DNA from: Candidatus Aminicenantes bacterium
Lineage (GTDB): Bacteria > Acidobacteriota > Aminicenantia > Aminicenantales > UBA4085
Length of the DNA: 64,000 nt
Reading direction: 5' to 3'
Assembly: GCA_003141555.1 (NCBI GenBank)
Contig: PLMN01000009.1
Coordinates: 103,497-167,496 of the forward strand
In this document: one piece after another, positions 41,739-51,393 of the stretch
Layout of the letters: the number at the start of each line of letters is the position of its first letter
How positions within the stretch are numbered: the stretch's first letter is position 1
The notes under the pieces: model-generated
Database searches by the model: none
The model's input: only the letters and a program-made list of their open reading frames with translations
What the model was told of the DNA's origin: nothing
Position numbers and translations under genes: made by a program

Positions 41739-42407
41739 ATGAAGAGAAAGCCGCTGATCATCGGGGTTGCCGGCGGAACGGCCTCGGGGAAGACCACGAT
41801 TGCCAATGCCATCATGGAGTCCATCAACCATCCCCAGATGGTGGTAATCCAGCACGACTCCTATTATAAAGACGTCAGCCATATGCCCTTGGTCGAGAGG
41901 GCCAAGATCAATTTCGACCATCCCGACGCCCTGGAAACCGATCTGATGGTTCGCCATCTGCGGGAGCTGATCGCCGGCCGCTCGATCGAAATGCCGGTCT
42001 ATGATTTCTCCACCCATACCCGCCTGTCCAAGGGGATCGTCAAGAACCCGGCCAAAGTGATCATCCTCGAGGGGATCCTGATCTTTTGCGAACAGGCCCT
42101 CCGCGAGCTGATGGACGTCAAGATCTTCGTGGACACGGACAGCGACCTGCGCTTCATCCGCCGGCTGAAGCGCGATATCCAGGAGCGCCAGCGCAGCCTG
42201 GAGTCGGTGATCGGCCAATACCTCGGAACGGTGCGGCCCATGCACATCGCCTTCGTCGAGCCGAGCCGCAAGTACGCCGACATCATCATCCCCGAGGGCC
42301 ACAACCCGGTTTCCACGGCCCTGGTCGTCACCATGATCCGCCAGCGCCTGCGCAAGGGAAACCAGGAGGAGAGCTTCAAACCCGGCCCGGAGATCGCCCA
42401 TGGCTGA
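41739..42407 (+). CDS. udk: Uridine kinase
   Basis: IGVAGGTASGKTT, DSYYKD, NFDHPDA, EGIL, RFIRRL.RD..ER, PMH..FVEPS. Confidence 0.95.
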   Translation: MKRKPLIIGVAGGTASGKTTIANAIMESINHPQMVVIQHDSYYKDVSHMPLVERAKINFDHPDALETDLMVRHLRELIAGRSIEMPVYDFSTHTRLSKGIVKNPAKVIILEGILIFCEQALRELMDVKIFVDTDSDLRFIRRLKRDIQERQRSLESVIGQYLGTVRPMHIAFVEPSRKYADIIIPEGHNPVSTALVVTMIRQRLRKGNQEESFKPGPEIAHG

Positions 42408-42966
42408 AAAGCAGTACATCGAGGCCCAGGACCTGCTGGACGATTCCTTCCGGCTCGGCCTCAAGGTCCTGGACAGCGGGTTCCTGCCCGATTTCATCGT
42501 CGGCATCTGGCGGGGCGGCACGCCGGTGGGCATCGCCGTCCAGGAGCTGTTCGAGCATCGAGGCATCGCCAGCGATCACATCGCCATCCGGACATCGTCC
42601 TACGAAAGCATCGAGCAGCGGGGCAAGACGATCCGGGTCCACGGCCTGAACTATATCGTCAAGAAGGCCGACGCGGGGGACCGCCTCCTGATCGTGGACG
42701 ACGTCTACGATACCGGCTTGAGCATCCAGGCCGTGATCGATGCCCTGAACCGCCTTTCGCGGCGCAACGCGCCCCGCGACATCCGCATCGCCACGGTCTA
42801 CTTCAAGCCCGGCAACAACCGCACCGACCGCCGGCCCGATTACTATATCCATGAAACCGACAAATGGCTGGTCTTTCCCCATGAATTGAAAGGTCTCACC
42901 CCGGAGGAGATCGCCCAAAACAAGCCCGAGATCGCCCGGATCATCCAAGGACACGGCCCCAAATGA
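42400..42966 (+). CDS. Type I purine phosphoribosyltransferase (hypoxanthine/xanthine-guanine PRT-like)
   Basis: WRGG, PRPP loop LIVDDVYDTGLS, WLVFPHE. Confidence 0.88.
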   Translation: MAEKQYIEAQDLLDDSFRLGLKVLDSGFLPDFIVGIWRGGTPVGIAVQELFEHRGIASDHIAIRTSSYESIEQRGKTIRVHGLNYIVKKADAGDRLLIVDDVYDTGLSIQAVIDALNRLSRRNAPRDIRIATVYFKPGNNRTDRRPDYYIHETDKWLVFPHELKGLTPEEIAQNKPEIARIIQGHGPK

Positions 42967-44207
42967 TCATCAGCCAGGAATTCATCCAAAAGATCCCCAA
43001 GACAGATCTGCACCTGCATCTGGACGGCTCGCTCCGCCTTTCGACCCTGATCGAGCTCGCCCGGGAACAGAAGGTCAAGCTGCCGGCCTATGACGAGAAG
43101 GGCCTGCTCCGGCTGGTGTTCAGGAAGAAATATGCCAACCTGAACGAATATCTGGAGGGGTTCAAGTACACGACGGCGGTCCTCCAGACCGCTTCCGCCC
43201 TGGAGCGGGTGGGCTACGAGCTGGCCCAGGACAACCAGGCCGAAGGAGTGCGCTACATCGAGGTCCGCTTCGCCCCCCAGCTGCATCAGAACGCCAACCT
43301 GACGTGCATCGAGGCCATGGCCGCGCTCAATGCCGGCCTCGTCCGGGCCAAGGAGGAATTCAACGCCCGGCCGGAAGTGGCGAGCGGGACCGAACCGCCC
43401 TTCGAATACGGCATCATCGCCTGCGCCATGCGGATGTTCGATTACGGATTCTCCTACTATTACGACACCCTCCTTCGCGTCCACGCCCATTCCGGGCGCA
43501 AGGAAGTATTTTCCCTGGCCTCACAGGAGCTGGTTCGCGCGGCGGTGGTAGCCAAAACGCAGCTCAAGCTGCCCATCGTCGGGTTCGATCTGGCCGGCGC
43601 CGAGGCCGGGTTCCCGGCCGAGGACCACGCCCAAGCTTACGCCCTGGCCCACAAGAACTTCCTGAACAAGACCGTTCACGCCGGTGAAGCCTACGGGCCG
43701 GAGAGCATCTTCCAGGCCATCACCGACCTGCACGCCGACCGCCTGGGCCATGCCGTCTATCTCTTCGACGCGGACATGATCAAGAGCGCGGAGATCAAGG
43801 ACAAGAAGGCCTACGTCGCCAACCTGGTTCAGTTCATCGCCAACCACCGGATCACCATCGAAGTCTGCCTGACCTCGAACATGCAGACGAACCCGGCCAT
43901 TCGCCGTCTATCCCAGCACTCGTTCCGTCTCATGCGCAAGGCGAAGCTCTCGGCGACGTTCTGCACCGACAACCGGACCGTGTCGCGCACCACGGTCAGC
44001 GCCGAGATCCTCAAGGCGGTCCGGGCCTTCGACATCACCCCCCACGAGCTCAAGAATTTCATCATCTACGGTTTCAAGCGCAGCTTTTTCCCCGGGACCT
44101 ACATCAAGAAAAGGGAATATGTCCGCCAGATCATCGACTACTATGAGAAGATCGAGAGGCAATTCGCGAAAGTGCGGCGCGGCCGGCCGATGAAAATCAA
44201 GGGCTGA
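42963..44207 (+). CDS. add: Adenosine deaminase family protein
   Basis: PKTDLHLHLDGS, EVRFAP, GFDLAGAE, HAGE, TDN. Confidence 0.9.
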   Translation: MIISQEFIQKIPKTDLHLHLDGSLRLSTLIELAREQKVKLPAYDEKGLLRLVFRKKYANLNEYLEGFKYTTAVLQTASALERVGYELAQDNQAEGVRYIEVRFAPQLHQNANLTCIEAMAALNAGLVRAKEEFNARPEVASGTEPPFEYGIIACAMRMFDYGFSYYYDTLLRVHAHSGRKEVFSLASQELVRAAVVAKTQLKLPIVGFDLAGAEAGFPAEDHAQAYALAHKNFLNKTVHAGEAYGPESIFQAITDLHADRLGHAVYLFDADMIKSAEIKDKKAYVANLVQFIANHRITIEVCLTSNMQTNPAIRRLSQHSFRLMRKAKLSATFCTDNRTVSRTTVSAEILKAVRAFDITPHELKNFIIYGFKRSFFPGTYIKKREYVRQIIDYYEKIERQFAKVRRGRPMKIKG

Positions 44208-44245
44208 TCGCCCCGCCGGGCGGGAGCCGTTTTCCGGAGCGATTC

Positions 44246-45511
44246 CTAAGGATGGATGTTCTGCATCTGCCGGCCGTCGTGCTTGTGCCGGAATAGCACG
44301 GCAAACAGGACCGCCACCACGAGCGAATACGCGGCGAACGTCGTCCAAATCGCCTTCCAGTTGAACTGGACGGCGTTGGGATCGGCGCTGATCTTGAAAT
44401 ATTTGTCGATGAGGATTCCGCTGATCCGGCCGCCGAAGAAAGCGCCGAAGCCGTTCGTCATCATCATGAACAGCCCCTGGGCGCTGGCCCTGATCCTCGG
44501 CTCGCTCTGCGTTTCCACGAAAAGAGAGCCCGAGATATTAAAAAAGTCGAAGGCCATTCCGTAGATGATGCAGGACAGGACGATCATCCACAGTCTTTGG
44601 GCGGGATCGCCGTAGGCGAACAGGCCGAACCTCAAGACCCAGGCGATCATGCTGAAGAGCATCACTCTCTTGATCCCGAATTTCCTGAGGAAGAAGGGAA
44701 TGGCCAGGATGAAGAGCGTCTCGGATATTTGGGAAATAGACATGATGATGGCCGGAAACCGGACGGCGATGGTGTTCTTGAAGATGTCGATCTTCGCGAA
44801 GTCGTGCAAAAACGTGTCCCCGTAGGCGTTCGTCAGCTGCAGGGACGCGCCGAGGAGCATGGCGAAGATGAAGAACAGGGCCATTTTCGAGCTCTTGAAC
44901 AATTTGAACGCGTCCAGCCCCAGGGCCTGGACGAAGGACCTCTTGTGGCCCTTCCCCAGGGGGGGGCACTTCGGCAGGCTGAACGCATACAAGCCCAGGA
45001 AGAGCGACGCGGCCGAAGCCACGTAAAACTGGGCCGGCGATTTTTCGAAGCCCGCGAGGCTGATGATCCACAAGGCGACGATGAAGCCGATCGTCCCGAA
45101 GACCCGGATGGGAGGGTACTCCTTGATGATATCCAGGCCCTGGGCTTTCAGGGAGGAATACCCGACCGTAATCGCGAGGGCGATGGTCGGCATGTAGAAG
45201 ATCATGCTGGCCAGCATCACCCAGAAGAAAAGCGACGGATCGTTGATGAGGGGGATGCAAAAGAGAATGACCGCGCCGATCAAATGGAAGCAGCCGTACA
45301 GCCGTTCGGCATTGACCCACCGGTCGGCGATGATGCCGGCGATCGCGGGCATGAACAGGGAGGCGATGCCCATGGTCGAGAAAATCGCGCCGAATTCCGT
45401 GCCGGACCAATGCTTCGTCTGGAACCAATAGGCCCCGACCGTCAGAAGCCAGGTCCCCCAGATGAAGAACTGCAGGAAATTCATGGCGATCAATCTTGTT
45501 TTGAGTTTCAT
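44246..45511 (-). CDS. nupG: Nucleoside:H+ symporter NupG/XapB
   Basis: L..MNFLQFFIWG.W, YMPTIAL, PPIRVFGTIGF, SQISE, YGMAFDFFNISGS. Confidence 0.92.
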   Translation of the reverse strand: MKLKTRLIAMNFLQFFIWGTWLLTVGAYWFQTKHWSGTEFGAIFSTMGIASLFMPAIAGIIADRWVNAERLYGCFHLIGAVILFCIPLINDPSLFFWVMLASMIFYMPTIALAITVGYSSLKAQGLDIIKEYPPIRVFGTIGFIVALWIISLAGFEKSPAQFYVASAASLFLGLYAFSLPKCPPLGKGHKRSFVQALGLDAFKLFKSSKMALFFIFAMLLGASLQLTNAYGDTFLHDFAKIDIFKNTIAVRFPAIIMSISQISETLFILAIPFFLRKFGIKRVMLFSMIAWVLRFGLFAYGDPAQRLWMIVLSCIIYGMAFDFFNISGSLFVETQSEPRIRASAQGLFMMMTNGFGAFFGGRISGILIDKYFKISADPNAVQFNWKAIWTTFAAYSLVVAVLFAVLFRHKHDGRQMQNIHP

Positions 45512-46236
45512 GGAACCCTCTTTTCTCGGATTTGCCATCCTTCGATCAACCCGGGAAGCTCTTTGATGTCGGCGATGATGAACCGGGCCGCCTGGCCGGG
45601 GGGCACGGGCGCCCTGTGCGGGTTGAGCCAGCAGAAATCCATGCCCGCGTTGCGGGCGGCGGCCATGTCGGAGGTCACGCTGTCGCCGACGTAGAGGACG
45701 TCGCCGGCGGCGACGCCGACCGCCTTCAGGGCGGGGGCGAAAATCCGCGGATCGGGCTTGGCGATGCCGACCTCCTCGGAGATGACCACGGCCTGAAAAT
45801 GGCGGGTGATGGGCGAAGCGGCGAAGCGCTTCCGCTGCACCAGGGCGATCCCGTTGGTGATCAGGGCCAGGGGGTATTTCTTCGCCAGGGCTCGGACCGT
45901 GGCCAGGGCGCCGGGATACAGCTGCGGTTGGCCGGCCAAGGTTTCGAGGTAAAAGGCGCTGACCCTCTCCACGGGCAGATCCGGGAGGCTGAATTCGGCG
46001 GCCACCCGGCGGAAGCGCTCGACGCGGAGCGTGGCCTGGTCGGTCTCACCCCGCTCGAAGGCCCGCCACACGTCGCGGTTGTGGCGGCGGTAGGCGTCGA
46101 TGAAAATTCCCGAGGCGATGCGAACCCGGAATTCCCGGAGGCAGGCCCGCACGGCCGCCCGTTCGGCCCGGGGATAATCGAAGAGGGTATCGTCGGCGTC
46201 AAAAAAGACCGCCTTGTATTTCGCCCCCATCGTCAT
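45508..46236 (-). CDS. HAD-family pyrimidine 5'-nucleotidase (YjjG-like)
   Basis: FFDADDTLFDY, ITNG, KPDPRIF, VGDS..SD; ATGA overlap with pdp. Confidence 0.88.
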   Translation of the reverse strand: MTMGAKYKAVFFDADDTLFDYPRAERAAVRACLREFRVRIASGIFIDAYRRHNRDVWRAFERGETDQATLRVERFRRVAAEFSLPDLPVERVSAFYLETLAGQPQLYPGALATVRALAKKYPLALITNGIALVQRKRFAASPITRHFQAVVISEEVGIAKPDPRIFAPALKAVGVAAGDVLYVGDSVTSDMAAARNAGMDFCWLNPHRAPVPPGQAARFIIADIKELPGLIEGWQIREKRVP

Positions 46237-47576
46237 GAATACGTCCAAGGACGGGCGCCGTCCTTGTCCACCAGATGCAAAATCATTTTCGGCTCGGCCA
46301 CGGGCCGGGGTCCGATCCGGATCGCCTCGCTCAGCCGTTCCAGGACGATCGGCGTCTGTTCGGGGCGGTCGCTGTGGACGGTCACGATCGTCCGGCCTTT
46401 TTCGACCCTATCGCCGACCTTGGCTTGGAAGACGAAACCGCTTCCGTAGCCGACCGCATCTTCTTTCTTGCGCCGGCCGGCCCCGGTATCTATGGCCGCC
46501 ATGCCGACGAGCAACGAATCGATGGCCTCGATGAACCCGGACGCCGGCGCCGCCCATTCCACCTGTTGGGGGCTGGCGGGCAGCAACGAATAATCGTCGC
46601 AGACGCGCGGGTCGCCGCCCTGGGCGGCGATGAACCGCCGGAAGACGCTCAAAGCCCGGCCCGAGGCGATGGCCTCCCCGAACCGATCGATCGCCTGGGC
46701 ATAGCTCGTCTCGATGCCGGCCGCCCGCAGCATGCAGAAGCCGAGGGCAGAGGTGACCTGCATGATGTCCTCGGGCCCCTTCCCTTTCAGAGCTTCGATG
46801 GATTCGATGATCTCCAGGCTGTTGCCCACGGCCCGGCCGAGGGGCTGGTCCATGTTGGAAATGATGCCCAGCGTGGGGCGGCCGGTCTTTTCGCCGATGG
46901 CGACCATGGCCCGGCATAAGCGCAGGGCGTCCTGTTCGTCTTTCATGAAGGCGCCGCTGCCGGTCTTTACGTCGAGGACGATGCCGTCCGTGCCCAGGGC
47001 CAGCTTCTTGCTCATGATCGAGGAGGCGATGAGGGGGATCGAGGAGACCGTGGCCGTGGCATCGCGCAGGGCGTAAAGCTTCTTGTCGGCCGGCACGATG
47101 CTGTCCGTCTGGCCGCAGATGACCATGCCGGTCTCGGCCAGGACGCTGCGGAGTTGGGCGGGAATGAGGAAGACATTCATGCCCGGGATGGCTTCCAGCT
47201 TGTCGAGGGTGCCGCCGGTGTGGCCCAGGCCGCGGCCGGACAGCATGGGCACGCGCACGCCGCAGGCGGCGACCAGGGGGGCCACGACGAAGCTGATCTT
47301 GTCGCCGACCCCTCCGGTGCTGTGCTTGTCGATCTTGATGCCGGGCACCCCGTCCAGGGGGATGCGATCGCCGGAGGCGAGCATGATTTCGGTCAGGTCG
47401 GCCAGCTCCCGCTCGTTCAGGCCGCGGATATAGATGGCCATCAGCCAGGCCGCGATCTGGTAGTCGGGGATTCCGCCCCCGACGTAGCCGGAGATTACGT
47501 AGGAGATCTCTTCCCGGGTGAGCTCCAAGCCGTCCCGCTTTTTGGAGATGATTTCGTACATTCCGTTGGTCATCAT
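46233..47576 (-). CDS. pdp: Pyrimidine-nucleoside/thymidine phosphorylase
   Basis: KKRDG, DKHSTGGVGDK, SGRGLGHTGGTLDKLE, SIMSKK, DVKTGSGAFMK. Confidence 0.95.
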   Translation of the reverse strand: MMTNGMYEIISKKRDGLELTREEISYVISGYVGGGIPDYQIAAWLMAIYIRGLNERELADLTEIMLASGDRIPLDGVPGIKIDKHSTGGVGDKISFVVAPLVAACGVRVPMLSGRGLGHTGGTLDKLEAIPGMNVFLIPAQLRSVLAETGMVICGQTDSIVPADKKLYALRDATATVSSIPLIASSIMSKKLALGTDGIVLDVKTGSGAFMKDEQDALRLCRAMVAIGEKTGRPTLGIISNMDQPLGRAVGNSLEIIESIEALKGKGPEDIMQVTSALGFCMLRAAGIETSYAQAIDRFGEAIASGRALSVFRRFIAAQGGDPRVCDDYSLLPASPQQVEWAAPASGFIEAIDSLLVGMAAIDTGAGRRKKEDAVGYGSGFVFQAKVGDRVEKGRTIVTVHSDRPEQTPIVLERLSEAIRIGPRPVAEPKMILHLVDKDGARPWTYS

Positions 47577-47577
47577 G

Positions 47578-47865
47578 TCACCCGCCGCCCGCCGGGGAAA
47601 AAAGGTCGAGGCGATCGCCGGCCTTGACCATGGTCTGGAGGGCCTGCCGCAAACGGATATTCTCCCCATTGATCAGGATGATGGTCCCGGCGAGCAGGCC
47701 CGTCTCCCGGTCGAGCAGCTCGTCCATGAAGCTTTGCCCGGACTGCTCCTCGGTCCGGCGCAACAGGGCCAAGACCGTCAGATCCTCGCCGGCGACCTCG
47801 ACGGTCGCGGCCCGCAGGCGCCGGCGGAGCAGCCCGTAGAACTTGACCACGATCGTCCCCGCCAA
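47578..47865 (-). CDS. MoaD/ThiS-family sulfur carrier
   Basis: VKFYG.LR, ILING, C-terminal FSPAGGG; directly after the AOR gene. Confidence 0.85.
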   Translation of the reverse strand: MAGTIVVKFYGLLRRRLRAATVEVAGEDLTVLALLRRTEEQSGQSFMDELLDRETGLLAGTIILINGENIRLRQALQTMVKAGDRLDLFSPAGGG

Positions 47866-47866
47866 A

Positions 47867-49636
47867 TTACAGCCCCAGCTCCGCCAGAGTTTCCGGCCGC
47901 GGCGCGCCGTTCCGGTCCCAGCCGCGCACGGCGTAATAGTCGTCCAGCATCTCCTCGAGCCGGACCCGGCGGTGGCGCGACGGCCCGGTCTGGAATTCCT
48001 CGTTGAAAAAGCGGGGCGGCAGGGTGTCGTCGCCCCGATTGAATCCGGCCCGGTTGTTGAAGAGCCGCTCCAGGGTGTAAATGCGGCGGCCGATCGTCAT
48101 CAGCTCCTCGTCGCTGAAATCCAGGCCCGTGACCGTGCGCAGCATCTCGGTGAAGGTGGAGATCCCCACGGCAAACTGCAGGAAGCGGCAGAGGACGGCC
48201 GAATCCACCACGGCCGAGACGTCCTGGAACAGGGCCACGAGCTCGGCCTTGCCCGCGGTGGAGAAACGGTCCAGGAAGACGGGATGGCCGAGGATCTCGG
48301 GGCCGATCATGTAGGCCCGCATATGGCAGCCGCCGCGGTTGGACGTCGCGTAGGACAAGGCCATGCCCTGCGCGCCGCGCGGATCATAAGCCGGGATCTC
48401 CAGGCCCTTGACTTGCATGGCCAGCTCGGGACGGCCGTATTTGGCCGCCAGCCGCTTCGAGCCCAGGGCGAGCTCGGCCCCGATCCCCCGCCGGTAGGCC
48501 GTATCCGTCACCCATTCCAGCAGCTTGCCGGACTCGCCCCAGCGCAAGGTTTCCTTCCAGGCTCCCGTTTCGCTGAGCTCCATGGCGCAGCCGAGGGTGC
48601 TGCCCATGGTGATGGTATCGAGCCCCAGCTCATTGCAGGCGTAATTGGCCTCGGTAATGGCCGGGAGGTCGCTGATGCCCAGGTGGGCCCCGAACGCCCA
48701 GACCGTCTCGTATTCGGGCCCTTCGCCCTGCTTGTCCCGGGTCCGGGTGGTGCGGCCGCAGCCGATCGGGCACTTATAGCAGGCGCTCTGGCGCTGCAGC
48801 AGCGTTTCGGCGATCTTCTCCCCGCTCGTGCCCTCGGCATCGTTGAACACGCCCCGGCGGAAGTTCTCGACCGGGAACATGCCGTGGGCGTTGATGATGT
48901 TGACCAGGACCGATGTCCCCAGGACCTGAAGCGATTTCCCGGTTACCGGGTTCTTGTCGACGATGCGCTCGAGGCGGTCCGCCAACGCCTTGTACTCTTC
49001 CGGATCGCTGATGGCCACGGGCCGGCTGCCGGAGGCGGCGATGGCCTTCAAGTTCTTGCCGCCCATGATCGCGCCCAATCCGCCGCGTCCCGCGGCCCGG
49101 TCCTTGTCGTTCATGATGGCGGCGAAGAGGATCCGGTTTTCGCCGGCCGGGCCGATGCAAGCCACCGACGCCTTGGACGAGAGCTCCGCTTGGATGCCCT
49201 TTTGGGTCTTCTGGGTATCGAGCCCCCAAAACGCCGAAGCGTTGCGGACGTCGACCTCGCCGTCATGGACCGAGAGGTAGACGGGCCCCGCCGCCCGGCC
49301 CTGGATGATCAGCCCGTCGATTCCGGCTCCCTTGAGCGCCGCGCCGAACTGGCCGCCGGAGCTCGAATCGCAGATGGTCCCGGTCAGGGGCGAGCGCGAA
49401 ACGACCTGGTAGCGGCCGGAGGTCATCAGCGTGCCGGTCAGCGGACCGGTCATGAAGATCAGGGCATTGTCGTCGTCGAAGGGATCCGTCGCGCTCGAGC
49501 ACAGATCACTGTACAGCTTGACGCCCAGCCCCCGGCCGCCGAGGTAACGGCGCCGCATCTCGTCGCTGACGGCAACGGTCTCCCGCTTCAAATTGCCCAG
49601 GTCGATCCTGACGATTTTCCCCATCCAGCCGTTCAT
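47867..49636 (-). CDS. aor: Aldehyde:ferredoxin oxidoreductase (W-dependent AOR family)
   Basis: MNGWMGKI.RIDL, YLGGRGLG, SPLTG, IGPAGEN, GRGG.GA.MG.KNLKAI, C..CPIGC, GPEYE, GLDTI, RGGCH. Confidence 0.93.
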   Translation of the reverse strand: MNGWMGKIVRIDLGNLKRETVAVSDEMRRRYLGGRGLGVKLYSDLCSSATDPFDDDNALIFMTGPLTGTLMTSGRYQVVSRSPLTGTICDSSSGGQFGAALKGAGIDGLIIQGRAAGPVYLSVHDGEVDVRNASAFWGLDTQKTQKGIQAELSSKASVACIGPAGENRILFAAIMNDKDRAAGRGGLGAIMGGKNLKAIAASGSRPVAISDPEEYKALADRLERIVDKNPVTGKSLQVLGTSVLVNIINAHGMFPVENFRRGVFNDAEGTSGEKIAETLLQRQSACYKCPIGCGRTTRTRDKQGEGPEYETVWAFGAHLGISDLPAITEANYACNELGLDTITMGSTLGCAMELSETGAWKETLRWGESGKLLEWVTDTAYRRGIGAELALGSKRLAAKYGRPELAMQVKGLEIPAYDPRGAQGMALSYATSNRGGCHMRAYMIGPEILGHPVFLDRFSTAGKAELVALFQDVSAVVDSAVLCRFLQFAVGISTFTEMLRTVTGLDFSDEELMTIGRRIYTLERLFNNRAGFNRGDDTLPPRFFNEEFQTGPSRHRRVRLEEMLDDYYAVRGWDRNGAPRPETLAELGL

Positions 49637-49646
49637 CGTCGCATCT

Positions 49647-50477
49647 CTACTCGTAGAATTTGTTGTATTTGTCCACGTTCGGACAGGCCAGGCACTTTTT
49701 TTTGTAATACGCGTAAACGGCCTTGGGTTGCTTGTCGAGGTTGGCGAAGCGCGCCGGGCAGATGTGGCAGGGAATTTCCTCCTCCAGCCAAGCGGTCGGG
49801 GCGAATTTGTAAAGCGACAGCCCTTCGACAACGCCCACGCTGGAGCTGAGCCCCAGGCGCGAGGCCCCGGCCTGGATCAGCCGCCAGGCGTCCTTGAAGT
49901 TTCGGATCCCGCCCGCCGCCTTGACCCCGATCTCCGGCCCCACGGTCTGGCGCATGAGCCGGACGTGGGCCGGGAAAGCCCCGAACGGCCCGAACCCCGT
50001 CGAAGTCTTCACGAATCCGGCCCCGGCCTCGACGGAGAGCTTGCAGCCGGTTATGATCTCCTCGTCGGTCAGGTAGCACGTTTCCAGGATGACTTTGACC
50101 AGCGCCGGCCGGCTGGCTTCGACCACGGCCCGGACGTCGTCGCGGACCAGGTCGTGCCTCTTGTCCCGCAGGGCGCCGACGTTGATCACCATGTCGACCT
50201 CGGCGGCCCCGTTCCGCACGGCGTCCCCGGCTTCAAACGCTTTGGCCGCGCTCGTGCCGGCCCCGAGCGGGAAGCCGGCCACGGTGCAGACCAGGACGCC
50301 GCTGCCCGCGAGCAGCTCCTTGGCGTAGCGCGTGTAGGCGCCGTTGATGCAGACGGTATAGAAGCCGAAGCTGCGCGCCTCGCTGCAGAGGTTGGCGATC
50401 TTCTTTTCGCCGGAGTGGGCGTTGAGCTCGGTATGGTCGATCATCTTGACCAGCGTTTCCCGGTCTAGATCGATCAT
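49647..50477 (-). CDS. deoC: Deoxyribose-phosphate aldolase with Cys-rich C-terminal extension
   Basis: IDHTEL, GFPLGA, EVDMVIN.G, KVILET, FVKTSTGF, VKAAGGIR; extra tail CHICP...CLACP. Confidence 0.94.
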   Translation of the reverse strand: MIDLDRETLVKMIDHTELNAHSGEKKIANLCSEARSFGFYTVCINGAYTRYAKELLAGSGVLVCTVAGFPLGAGTSAAKAFEAGDAVRNGAAEVDMVINVGALRDKRHDLVRDDVRAVVEASRPALVKVILETCYLTDEEIITGCKLSVEAGAGFVKTSTGFGPFGAFPAHVRLMRQTVGPEIGVKAAGGIRNFKDAWRLIQAGASRLGLSSSVGVVEGLSLYKFAPTAWLEEEIPCHICPARFANLDKQPKAVYAYYKKKCLACPNVDKYNKFYE

Positions 50478-50519
50478 GGTCGTTCTTCTCGGTATCCTAT
50501 TCTTAACGGCGCGGCTTGG

Positions 50520-50921
50520 CTAAGAGCCTTTTTTCAGGTGGAAGGTAAACGGCATCAGCTCGGCCACGGTGGCGTCGCGGCAGGCGCCCGCCTTGTTGCA
50601 CATGTGGATGACGGCGGAAGGGGGCGCGAATTCGGCGATGACCTGCCGGCAGGCGCCGCAGGGCGGGAGGAAGTCTTCGATGTCGCCGATGACCAGGATC
50701 TCCCGGATCTCCCTTTCGCCCGCGGCGACCATGGCGAAAATGGCGTTGCGCTCTGCGCAGCAGGTCAGCCCCAAGGAGGAGTTCTCCACGTTGCAGCCGC
50801 TGTAGATCCGGCCATTGGAGCCGAGGACGGCCGCGCCCACGGGGAAATTCGAATGCGGGGCATAGGCTTTATCGCGCGCCCGCCTAGCCGCGGCCAGTAA
50901 TTCCTTTTTTTTATCAGCCAT
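50520..50921 (-). CDS. cdd: Cytidine deaminase (homotetrameric type)
   Basis: AYAPHS.FPVGAA, GCNVEN, CAERNA, PCGACRQV. Confidence 0.95.
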   Translation of the reverse strand: MADKKKELLAAARRARDKAYAPHSNFPVGAAVLGSNGRIYSGCNVENSSLGLTCCAERNAIFAMVAAGEREIREILVIGDIEDFLPPCGACRQVIAEFAPPSAVIHMCNKAGACRDATVAELMPFTFHLKKGS

Positions 50922-50956
50922 GTTCCTCCGGCGCCTTTAAAGGGCTGCAGGCAACG

Positions 50957-50985
50957 ATTTTAGATGCACGGAGAGAATAAATCAA
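50957..50985 (-). promoter_or_regulatory. sigma70-like promoter of the cdd-deoC-aor operon
   Basis: TTGATT-N17-TAAAAT on the minus strand; SD GGAGG before cdd. Confidence 0.6.
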
Positions 50986-51168
50986 GCGACGGCCTACCGG
51001 ATTTCAGGTAATCTTGAAGCGACTTCAGGCGCGGAGGAGCGAATATGCCGGACAAAGCGGCCCAAAATTCCGATTCCACTCAGCGCTTCAATGACGGCGA
51101 AGGCGAACGTCCGACAGGCTGGCCCTACGACCGTTTCCGGATGTGCTACGACAAGCACTCCTGTCATC

Positions 51169-51288
51169 AAGTGGATTCTCGAAAATACCTTCAACGGGCG
51201 ATTCATCGCCAATATCGAACAAAAGGGAAAGCCGAGCAAGTGGATTACGCTTAAAGCCTTGCAGGTTTTGAAGTTTTATCGGGGTTGA
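51169..51288 (+). pseudogene. Orphan C-terminal fragment of a prenyltransferase/squalene-cyclase-repeat-like protein
   Basis: KWILENTFNGRFIANIEQKGKPSKWITLKALQVLK resembles the conserved E..G.PSKW.TL.AL.VL C-terminus of that family; no matching upstream body; AT-rich. Confidence 0.5.
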
Positions 51289-51313
51289 CATCATCCGGCC
51301 CCGAATTTATGCT
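51285..51313 (+). promoter_or_regulatory. sigma70-like promoter of the nucleobase degradation operon
   Basis: TTGACA-N17-TATGCT. Confidence 0.62.
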
Positions 51314-51393
51314 TGTCAAAAGCCATTTTTGATCCGCGGCCGGATTCGTGACCAGGAGCGTCGCCGGCCGGCGGCAAAGGACGGAAGACACGC

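Noticed and set aside
49637-49831. N-terminal extension of the AOR in the ORF track
   Set aside because: Overlaps the deoC tail in another frame; the family-typical start MNGWMGK is at 49636.
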